From: Phyllobates terribilis
Taxonomy: Eukaryota
Length of the DNA stretch: 64,000 nucleotides
Assembly: GCF_046119375.1 (NCBI RefSeq)
Contig: NW_027362763.1
Coordinates: forward strand, 248,372,001 to 248,436,000
Direction: 5' to 3'
Shown: piece after piece, positions 47,615-57,970 of the stretch
How the letters are laid out: each line of letters begins with the position of its first letter
Numbering within the stretch: the stretch's first letter is position 1
Made by a program: the position numbers and the translations under genes
Notes under the pieces: generated by a model
Databases searched by the model: none
What the model saw: the letters and a program-made list of their open reading frames with translations, nothing else
What the model was told of the DNA's origin: nothing

Positions 47615-50600
47615 TTTTTCTCTAATTACCCCCCACCACAGCACACAGGAGGATGTAACCCCACCCTAATAGGGACAGGAAATACAAAGAGGTTTAAATA
47701 GCCCCCCCCCACACACATCCTCCCTCCAGTGTTATTTCCTGTCTCTATCAGGGATGAAGAGGTCATCCCCGGTGTGCTGGGCCGGCGACAGGCACTGGGG
47801 AGAAAGCTATTAACCGGGCAGCGGAGGATCGAGCAGTTTACCTCTCCTCCTCACATGCGCTGCTCCCGTCTCCTCCGTATTCGGGACCCCTTCCTCCAGT
47901 CCGCGCTCTCGGGCAAGGTCTGCAGGATCTTCTGGCCGGATGCCTCTTTGAGCTCTCCGGTCCATCTCCTCCTCCTCTCCCCCGCTGGATGTGCGAGCGA
48001 TGCCTGTCTCCTGGACGTGGAGCGCACGCTTTGGCGCCGGAAGTGACTTCGGACGGTGGATGATGATGTCACTTCTGGCGTTTTGCATTCCACGGTGGAC
48101 CACAGCAAACACTAAGGGGGAAAAGAGCGGTGAAGCCGCCGGTGATCACATGTCTTCACCTGGACACCGGGGGAGGAGCCCTCTTACAGAGGGAGGCGCT
48201 GGTCCAGTCGCCCATAAAGGAGCCCTGGACAGGAAGACATCTGCAGGTAGGACAAAACCATGGCTGTTGAAGCTTCTCGCTCTGCATCTGTAGAGCACAG
48301 CGCCGGTCCAGTCCCACTAAGTATGGCACTGGTAGTCCATCTCCCAGTTGCAGGTAATAGTGATTATGGCTCCCTTTCCCTTCTCCCCTCTCTTCTAAGG
48401 GGACAAGGAACCTGCATCTGGAGACAAAGCTAAACCGTCACGCAGATGTCCCATCTGTACAAAAAAGCTATCGTCCTCCCCTAGAAAGCCCCTATGCAAG
48501 GACTGTACGGAGAAGATTATCAGGCAGGAACAACCTTCCTTAATGGAAGAAATGAAGGGGATTGTACGTCAAGAGATCAAATCCTCCTTAGCCTCAGTCA
48601 CTCTCCTTACACCCTCACCTAGTCAGGATTCTACATCTACTCCCTCAGCAGCCAAAAAGAGGAAGATCAGCCCGCCAGAGGGAGGGGCGGAAGACTCTCA
48701 AGAGGAGATATATATCTCGGAAGATCTTCTAGAGGAAGGTGAACTGAGTCCAACTCCTGATAACTCCCATTGAGAGAGATATTACTTTCCATCAGATAGC
48801 TTGGAGGAACTCCTCATGGCAGTAAGGAGAACTATGGAGGTTGAGGAAGAAAAAGTTCCCCAGACAGTACAGGATCGGATGTTTGGGGGGCTACGTTCCA
48901 GAAAAAAAAATTAGCGTTCCCTATACATCAGAGTATTAGGGACTTAGTCTTAGAGGAGTGGGTATCTCCAGAAAAGAGGTTGAATACCCCTACGGAGTTA
49001 AAGGATAGATTTCCTGTAGACAACGAGACTGCAGAATGCTGGTCTGAAGTCCCAAGAGTGGATATCCAGATTGCATGAGTGGCAAAGAAAACCACACTGC
49101 CCTTTGAAGATTCTTTTCAATTAAAAGACCCCTTGGAACGCAAAATGGAGGGACTACTCAGAAAATCCTGGGAGACCTAGGCAGCACTATTAAACACCAA
49201 CGCAGTCTCTATGGGCGTATCTCGATCAATGGCTCGTTGGCTAGATCAACTGGAGGAACACCTAGTCTCGGGCACCCCCAGAGAAGACATCTTAGCATCC
49301 CTACCGCTTCTACAGAAAGCTACGGGGCTTTTAGCAGATGCTTCTGCAGAATCAGTGAGAGTGACGGCAAGAGCATCTTGGTTGTCAAACTCTGTAAGAA
49401 GGGCCCTATGGTTGAAATCCTGGAGCGGCGATGTGGCATCAAAAATGAAATTGTGTTCCATCCCCATTCTAGAGAAGGCCTCAGACAAGAAGAAGGCCCT
49501 CCCGGAACCTAGAAATGTAAGGAAAAGTCCTTTTCGTCCCTCCCAGGAACAGACCCCTCAATATAGGGGTAAAGGGAAAACAGGACGATGGAGCTACCCC
49601 AAAGGTAGAGGAGGCAAGAATCTTATTTCTCTCCCAAAATCAACGTCAGAACAGACCATGACGTCAGGACAGTCGGGGGCCGCATCTCAAATTTTCTCCC
49701 TCAGTGGAAAGAAATCTGCTCAGACCCATTGGTCCTGAGGGTAGTCTAGTTTGGAGTAAAAATACATTTCTCCTCCTATCCTCCACAGAGAATAAAGTTA
49801 ACACCGCTCTCCTCTCAGAGTCGTCAGGCCACCCTGATATCCGGTCTTTCAGACCTATTGTCCTCAGAGGTGATATCCCTGGTTCCTACAAGGGAGATAG
49901 ACACAGGACATTATTCCAGACTCTTCCTAATAAAAAAACCAAATGGCTCACACCGAGTTATAATCAATCTAAGGCCACTGAATCAGTATATCCACTACCA
50001 ACGATTCAAGATGGAATCCATCAGGTCGACGGTCCCCCTGATAGGACAGGACCATGTCATGGCCACAATCGATCTCCAAGATGCATATTACCACATCCCC
50101 ATACATCCACTTCATAGGAGGTTCCTAAGATTCACAGTGACTCAAGGGGAACAAATAGTCCACTACCAGTTCAATGTTCTCCCATTCGGGATATCACCAG
50201 CCCCGCGAATATTTACAAAGGTCATGGCAGAAGTCATGGCTTATATCCGGGGTCAGAATATTTCAATAGTACCATACCTCGACGACCTGTTTATTAATCG
50301 GGTCCTCAGTACCAGTACTCCAAGAACATATACAGTTGACCACGCCGATCCTATCATCTCTGGGCTGGTTAGTGAACCACAAAAAATCGGATATCCATGA
50401 CAAAAACATTTCTAGGAGTACTATTGGATTCCCACAGCCAGATGTAATTTCTGCCCAAACAAAAACAGGTCATGATAAAAGCAAAGATCAATGTCCTAAG
50501 GAGCAGATCAGTATCATTGAGAGATGCAATGTCGGTCCTCGGGTCTATGACATCCTGTATCCAGATGGTGGCCTGGGCTCAGGCGCATACCCGAACATTA

Positions 50601-50715
50601 CAGACCCACATCCTTACGAATTGGGATGGATCTCCACGGTCTCTGAACAGGAAAATCTCTATACCACCACGAGTAAAGACCCCTTTATTCTGGTGGCTAA
50701 GCGTGGCGGAGCTTC
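47615..50715 (+). mobile_element. DIRS1-like retrotransposon, 3'-truncated: gag-like ORF1 relic, RT, start of RNase H; no tyrosine recombinase seen
   Basis: CPIC..LCKDC ORF1 start; FEDSFQLKDPLERK; YSRLFLIKKPNGSHRVIINL, IDLQDAYYHIPI, LPFGISPAPRIFTK, PYLDD. Confidence 0.9.
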
Positions 50716-50739
50716 ATTGAAAAGAAAAAAAAAAGTGCT

Positions 50740-50796
50740 TTTCTTTCAAAAATAATGAAATTTCTAAATGACCCCAAACTTTTGAACTGTAGTGTA
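50740..50796 (+). mobile_element. Probable Tc1 terminal fragment
   Basis: aatgaccccaaacttttgaactgtagtgta. Confidence 0.45.
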
Positions 50797-51654
50797 CATA
50801 TGGTTCCTGACGATGCAAGGAGGAAGTGGGGAGAGCACCTGTTGCACACACCGGAGGTCACCTGTGCACAAGATCCCTGCTGTACAATGAGCATATAAGG
50901 GAGGAACAAATGCGCAGGTGTGGGATTTGCTCGCGGCAGAGGGAACTATGAAGTGTAGGGAAGGGGGGAAACATTATAATTAATACAGGAGGTGGGATTT
51001 CTTGCGGGCCCCAGGCCTCCAAAGCATCAGAAACCTGTAGGAATAAAAAGAAACTTCACAGCAACAAGACCTCTATTATATGAGGCATACAGGTATGCAT
51101 AGATTTACATTTCTGCTACCTGTATGCCCATATTAGAGGTCAGATAAGTGCCAGGGGGTGACAGATTCACTTTAATATCTGCGATCTGATGTCTTATTTT
51201 TGAGTGAGACACATTTTTCTTTTATGTAAATGAGCTGTTAGGATCTATGGGCTGGACACTGATCTATATGAGAATCTGTCTCCGGATATTATTTTAAATG
51301 AAAGGGGGAATTATCAGTGTGAGACATATGACTGATAGTCTGCTCTCCTGAGCTACATGTCTCACACTGGTTGCGCCCCCTTTCATTTAAAATGAGCACT
51401 GGAGGCAGATTCTCAGGGAGATCTATGTCCCGCCCATAGATCTTAAAAGCTCATTTTCATATTAAGAAAAATGTAGATTTCTCTGGAATAAGACCTCAAA
51501 TCGCAGATATCAAGGTGTCATTTTATTCAGCTTCCCATGACCTAAATGCTCATACACATACAGGCGTAGGAGGGCTGCTCTTTCTGACAGATTGTCTTTG
51601 AATTATTATATTCATCTTCCTAAATGGATATTATTGGATACTGCTAGTAAATAT

Positions 51655-52010
51655 AGACCATTTTTCCGTCTTTTGTGGATTATAAGATACACCGGACTAT
51701 AAGATGCACCCCAAATTTTGGGGTGGATAATAGGAAAAAACATTTTTTTAAATAAAATAGTGGTGCATCTTATCCGTTTTAACGGTAGCTTACCTGGGGG
51801 TGGCAGCAGTGGAGCTGGGTCGCTGCATCAGGAGGCTGGCGGCAGCAGGAGTGGGGCGATGCCTGTGCGCTCATTAGATGTTGGCGCCTGTGAGTGGAGT
51901 CCCTTTTCCCATTCTGTTCCCTGCGGTGGGCTTGGCAGAGCGAGTTCTCTTGAATATAGGAGAGCCTGGCCAGATGGATGTCAGCCGAATCAACTGACAG
52001 ATAAGTGTAC
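51655..52010. mobile_element. Probable pogo/Tigger-like MITE fragment
   Basis: ggactataagatgcacc / ggtgcatcttat inverted motifs. Confidence 0.45.
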
Positions 52011-52181
52011 GGAGGGGCTTTAGGTTTCATTCCAATGTACTAATGACTAATGTAAGGTTAGGTTACAATGGGGCAAAGTAAATGAGATTTCCTGTATTTT
52101 CTTTACTGGAGTTGTATTAATTCACATTTTATGGTACTTAATGTGTTGTGTTGTTTTTTGTTTTGCTTTTTCCAATTTTAG

Positions 52182-52256
52182 GGACTGGAGCAAAAATTGC
52201 AAAGTATGCAAGTTTACCAAGGATGGAAAGCTTTTTGCATGGAGCAATGGAGAAGT
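52182..52256 (+). CDS. EIF2A: EIF2A exon 3: DWSKNCKVCKFTKDGKLFAWSNGEV
   Basis: 75 nt, AG/GT boundaries. Confidence 0.96.
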
Positions 52257-52354
52257 GTAAGTCCTCTTACTGTTCTAGGTGTTAGCACTTGTCATGAGGC
52301 TTAATTATTAATATATTAAATCTCAATGCTTTAAAATGACCCTTGTGTTTTCAG

Positions 52355-52473
52355 AACAAATATAGTAAGCACGGCTGACAGCAAGTTGCTGCACACCTTT
52401 GATCTCCCCAAAGTGGTTGGCCTTGAATTCTCTCCAAAGAACACAATCCTGGCAACCTGGCAGACGTACATCT
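52355..52473 (+). CDS. EIF2A: EIF2A exon 4: TNIVSTADSKLLHTFDLPKVVGLEFSPKNTILATWQTYI
   Basis: 119 nt, AG/GT boundaries. Confidence 0.96.
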
Positions 52474-53619
52474 GTAAGTAACGCTCCCCTCTAGGCCAGG
52501 CTCAGACGAACCTATGCAAAAATCGGACTTTTTTTTTTTTTTTCTGGATGAAAACACAGACATTTTTTCTTGCACTTGTCTTATGGGGTTTCTTAGTTAT
52601 TTGTATGCAATTTTTTTTTTCATCTGTATGATAATTTATAGTTGTTATAGTAAAAGGCAAAAAAGAAAAACTTCTTTTCTATGTTAGTAATTGCAATGTA
52701 TCTGTAAAAAATGGATGCCAAATTATGGTACCTAGTATCAATTTTTTAACGTACCCATTGAGTTTGAGTCTGATCAGAAACAAAATGTATGAGAATAATG
52801 CAGATATTTTATACGACGACCGTCGGTCCGTGTAGAAAAACACTTATGTGAACAGATGTCAGAACCTGCTGATCGTACAGAGGAATGCTGTCACAGCTGT
52901 CTTCTCGTAGAATAGCTGTCATATATGACTTTTGTAGGAAATTCCTTCTCCTGTACAACCACTGATTGGTGGACATTATATTAGTACTTCTACTTTCTTT
53001 TAAAAAGAGGATCTGCAGCATCTGCAGAGTTCACTATACCAAACATTGAAATTCAGTTTCTGAAGACCTTGATAGTACAACTTGTATGAATATTATGGAG
53101 TATGTCTGAGAGGACCGGTACCTCTGTTATTGAGATTAGCGATGCATACAGAGGTTGGAATCCACCAGCCTACATTTACTGCATATTAAGTGAATTGTTA
53201 TAGGATTTCCCTATTTGGTGCAACTTTAATTATTCTATTGGCTTTTAAAAGTAAAGAACCTGTTTAGCAGGTTGGATTGATGAGCATTTTGAGAAACCAG
53301 TATAACGGAACAGGATATTTTCTCTGTTTATTTTACAAGTGCAAATAAGAATTTGATTAAGATAGGATTTCCTGATCTTGCAGAACAGGATCTAGTCTTC
53401 TTATTGGCACTTAATAAACAATCATGCGCTTAGAGCCTAAGGAGAATTTTTTTCCCTTTTGTATTACTTTGGCACTTTGTAACTTGTGAACAGCTACTCA
53501 TTTACACTAAGTGCTAAGACGCAAGAAGTATTGTCATATCGTGGAGTGTGCGGTCACTTCTAGATCGATCAAAGTAACAAACGGGAAAGAGGCTAAGTGA
53601 CTGGAGCGGTGAAGACGTC

Positions 53620-56600
53620 ACTGATCAGAACCTTATCACACATCTTGGAGATCACTTCAACAAATCCCAGGACTTTGCTTCATAATATATGCACAATATA
53701 GCGTTTGTGGTAACCCATTAGTAAATATATAAACAGCGAAGGGGTTAAAATACATTTTATTATAATTCTCTAAAACATGAAGGAAGCACCCAAAGTGCAA
53801 TGTACTAACAAACCATAATATGTGTAAAAAACACATAGGTGTGTACCATATGGAGGAGTATAATGCTGTACAGCAATGAAGAATACTCAACCAACAAAAG
53901 AGTGCCCCGGTCAAACAGGAGCACTCACACGGGAAGAGTAACCCAGTCCTTGAGTATATCTGTTATTCCAATGAGGAGTATATGAAGGACAATAATTATG
54001 GAATCACTCAACATGAATGAGCCGACCAGGTGTCATAAGAAACACTCTTGATGGTCTTCCCATAGAGACTATGTCAAAATAAATTTTTATACACAGTAAA
54101 TCAAGGGAGGCACGTACAGAACTATACCAAAAGGAGCGTTCTAGAGTAATGTACACGGCAAGCAGTCATATCCATAATAGAAGAGTCAGCAAGTGATCCT
54201 GACATTGCTGATCTTTACAAATAATATCATGACCGCTAAAGAATGTAATCATGGATAATATATACTGAAAGACAGATTGTACCATGATCTATACGCATAT
54301 AAGAAATATGGAACGATCTCACCGTTTCCATGGACATAGTGTCTCTCACACTCCATTCTCCTAAATTGGTGGCAGTATTCCGACAGGCAGGCTCCTGGAT
54401 CCCGACGCGTTTCCCATTATTATTCACCAGGAGAGTATACAGCCATGCGTCCTAAGTCTCTCCCTCCTCTGAAAATTATAGGGGGCTCGTATGGTCACTA
54501 AGTGTGACCGTTGTGTCTTTATACACATGCCGCACGCTGAATACCGGCGTGCGGAGCACTTCCGGTTCCGGGTGTGACGCACATCTGGTGCACAGTTCAC
54601 CCTAGGCCGGATTCATGTCCGAATCCGATCGTTGGAACGCAGCTGGAGTGCAAGGTAATCGTGCATGCATGGATCTCGGTGCGCTATGCCACCGTCCTAA
54701 AAAGCACAGAACGGGGCCAGAAACAAAAAACATGACCCTATAGTGCGCCAGTAGAGATCCTCCAGAGAAAACTGACAAGCTTATAGCATTTCTTGTATAG
54801 GCAGATCCATAAATATATGGGGAGGGGACAGTACATGTAATATAAATAGTCCCAAACTATCATGAATAAACCACAGAGCATGTACATATTAAAGTCACTG
54901 TGTAAAAGAAAAAAGCATATATGGATCAAAGGAAGGTCAAGACGGATGGGCTAGAAATTGAGAAGGATAACATGTTATACAGTATATGCAAAAAAAGAGA
55001 AGGGGTTCAGAGCTCACACGTCCGTGACACAGGGCATGATCCACGTGACATAAGGGAGAAAAAACAAAGTGGGGAATGAGGGATATGGATATATATCTGT
55101 CCCTGAGCTAAATCTCACTAATGCTGACCTCTACCTATCAGTGGAGGTTGGCACCCTAAGGGGGCTACGCAAGTGGCACCCCCACTCCTCGACTGCTGCC
55201 CCTAAATGAATAGACCCTCCACTGACCCCAAGTTCTAAAGAAAAGAAGTGAAAGATAGCTGCTCATTAAGTCCAGTAAGTTGTACGATTTTTAGCCAGAA
55301 TATTCATTTACATTCTTTCTGGAGGATTTTCTGGTCCCAGTTTCCCCCTTTAACAGGGGGTTTGATCTTATCAATGCCAATAAACTCCATACACCTGACA
55401 TCACCACCATGAAATGTATTGACATGATTAGATATGGGGGTATCACGTTTGTTTGTGATGTCCCCAATGTGCTCCCTCACTCTGTCTAAGCTTTCTCCTC
55501 GTCTTCCCCACATACTCAATCCCACATCGGCAAGTGGCTTTGTACACCACTCCTTTCGTGCGGCAGTTGATGAAATCGCGTATGGTGTATTTTTTCTGAG
55601 TGACATTACTGCTAAAAGAATTTCCTTGCGTCACTGAATCACAGGCAGCACAGTTGCCACACCTATAGCAATCCTGGACCTGCTCTCTAAACCAAGATGG
55701 ATCGGCCTCCTGTTTATGTGAACCAGCCTGTCCCTTAGGGATCTGCCTTTCTGAAAAGTGATCTGTGGAGAATGGCCACTGTATCTCTGACGTGTGCATC
55801 TACAAGGTGAACAGGCCAATGACGTTGAAGAATTTTTCTCACCTCATGAGTCCCATTCAAGTAGGTTGTAATGAAGCGTGAGATTACTGTTCTGGGGGTA
55901 AGGATTTGCTTACGGTCCCTCAAAAGTGCCTCCTTATAAGCCTCCAACAGTATCTTCTTAGGATAACCCCTACCAAGGAAATGTTCACATAGGTCATCCC
56001 CCTGTTCCTTAAAGACAGCGATGTTGGAACAATTCTGCGTATCCTTAAATACTGTCCTTTGGGAATGCCCTTCTTAAGTGGGCCAGGATGGCCACTTTAC
56101 CACCTGAGGAGGGAATTGGTGGCAGTTGGTTTCCTATAATTGCTTGTACTCAACTCCCCATTCTCATTTTTTTGGATGCAGATGTCTAGAAAGGACAACT
56201 TCACGGGATTCACCTCATATGTGAAGCTTAGGCCAATATCATTCACTTTCAAACTCTCCACAAATTCACCAAGAGTGTTTCAGATCCTTTCCAGACGACA
56301 AAGATGTCGTCGATATATCTTAGCCAGATTACGATCCTTTCACTCAGAGGGGCAGGTGGTTCACCATAGTTTCCTTCCACCAGCCCAGGAGCAAATTATA
56401 GTATGAGGAAGCACAAGGGCTCCCCATCGCAGTGCCCCCGAACTGGTGGAAGTACTTATAAAAAAGAGAAAAAATTTTGGTGAGGCAAAATTCGAGGGAG
56501 TGCAAGACAAAGGTGCTGTCTTTCAAATTGACAACCCCTAGTATGTAAGTAGCAGTCAACAGCCATGAGGCCAAAATTGTGTGGAATAGAGGTGTATAAT

Positions 56601-56698
56601 GACTCCACATCAATGCTCGCAAGGATCATGTCAGAATCCAAGCGAACATTGTCCAATTTGCTTAACGGATCTGTTGTATCACGGACATGTGCACTCAG
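53620..56698 (-). mobile_element. Penelope-like element: RT and GIY-YIG endonuclease (frameshifted, ends near 55250) plus a long 3' region; left boundary approximate
   Basis: DVESLYTSIP, GTAMGS, RYIDDIFVVW, CYRCGNCAAC, GVVYKATCRCGIEYVGKT, GLNEQLSF. Confidence 0.9.
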
Positions 56699-56885
56699 GG
56701 GAGGAGTCCTGAGGAGATAATTTGCATATTCCCACTGCATTTTGGGGTAAGTGAAAAGTCTCCGCGAGCTCAAAGAACACTGGATTTTGGCTGTTGGAGC
56801 TGAAAAGAGGACATCGGTAAATGAAGCATTTTGAAGCTTTTTTTTAAGCTTTTTTCACTGTTTTCAGAACATTAACAATAAGAAC

Positions 56886-57848
56886 ATGGAAGAGTCCAGG
56901 AGCCATTTGGTGAGCTGCATATCCTGCTACATGTTCACAGACTTGCCAGTGGAAAAGCCAAACTTCACATGCCAGAAATGCAAGCTTGTGTCCCTGTTGG
57001 AGGAAAAGTTGCGAAATCTAGAAGAGAGGTTAACTACCTTGAAAATCATTAAGGAAGGTGAAGAGTTCTTAGACAGAGCAGAATTATCTCTTCATGATTC
57101 AGAAAGAGAAGAAATTCGAACTGCACCTGACGAAACAGAGGAATGGAAGCATGTGACCCACAGAAGCAGGAGGATCGAGAGGCAGTCAGCACCCATACTG
57201 CTCAGGAACCAGTACCAGGCTCTCACGCAGGAGAACCATGAAGAAATACAGCAAAATAAGACTTTGCCAGCAATGAATAACCTTGTAAGCCCTCAGAATC
57301 CTCCTGGATGGAGAAAGAAGAATGTTGTGAAGAAAAAACGGAGAGTGGTGGTTATGGGGGATTCCCTGTTAAGAGGAACAGAGGCCGCTATCTGCAGACC
57401 AGACATAACCTCAAGAGAAATGTGCTGTCTTCCAGGAGCAAAAATTAAAGATGTGTCTGACAGGATATCAAGACTCTTCAGACCTACAGATCACTACCCA
57501 TTCCTGCTAATACATGTGGGGACAAATGACACCGCAAGAAAGGACCTGGAAACCATCTGCAGTGACTTTGAAGACTTAGGCAAGAAAGTGAAAGAATTGG
57601 GAGCGCAGGTGGTCTTCTCATCCATCCTCCCAGTGGATGGCCATGGAACAATGAGGTGGAATAAGATTCTACAGGTGAACAACTGGCTACGTCGATGGTG
57701 CCGTCAACAAGGATTTGGATTTCTGGATCACGGAATGAATTACCTATACGATGGACTACTTGCTAGAGATGGGGTGCACCTTACGAAGACTGGAAAACAT
57801 GTATTTGGAAGTCGCCTTGCTACACTCATCAGGAAAGCTTTAAACTAG
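56886..57848 (+). CDS. CR1 ORF1: Cys-rich zinc finger, coiled coil, SGNH esterase-like domain (320 aa)
   Basis: CISC..CQKC; VVMGDSLLRG, HVGTND, DGVHL. Confidence 0.92.
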   Translation: MEESRSHLVSCISCYMFTDLPVEKPNFTCQKCKLVSLLEEKLRNLEERLTTLKIIKEGEEFLDRAELSLHDSEREEIRTAPDETEEWKHVTHRSRRIERQSAPILLRNQYQALTQENHEEIQQNKTLPAMNNLVSPQNPPGWRKKNVVKKKRRVVVMGDSLLRGTEAAICRPDITSREMCCLPGAKIKDVSDRISRLFRPTDHYPFLLIHVGTNDTARKDLETICSDFEDLGKKVKELGAQVVFSSILPVDGHGTMRWNKILQVNNWLRRWCRQQGFGFLDHGMNYLYDGLLARDGVHLTKTGKHVFGSRLATLIRKALN

Positions 57849-57970
57849 AACAATGTGGGAAGGGAAGCAAAAGGCCAGAAAAAGCCATACAGCTGACAAA
57901 TACTATTGAGATCTCTGCTACTGGAAGTGGAAAGGAAGAACAAAGACAAAACAATTTAAATAATAAAAAT

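Larger units (their letters stand above)
47412..51597. mobile_element. Outer T2/Kolobok-like MITE containing an inner one (47497-51171, TTAA on both sides)
   Basis: agggaatctg.. / ..gacagattgtct outer ends; inner arms ccccctggcacttatctgacctctaatatgggcataca / tgtatgcccatattagaggtcagataagtgccagggggt. Confidence 0.75.

Noticed and set aside
50715-51060. DIRS tyrosine recombinase or terminal repeats
   Set aside because: The element stops in RNase H; no R-H-R-Y motifs or matching repeats were found.
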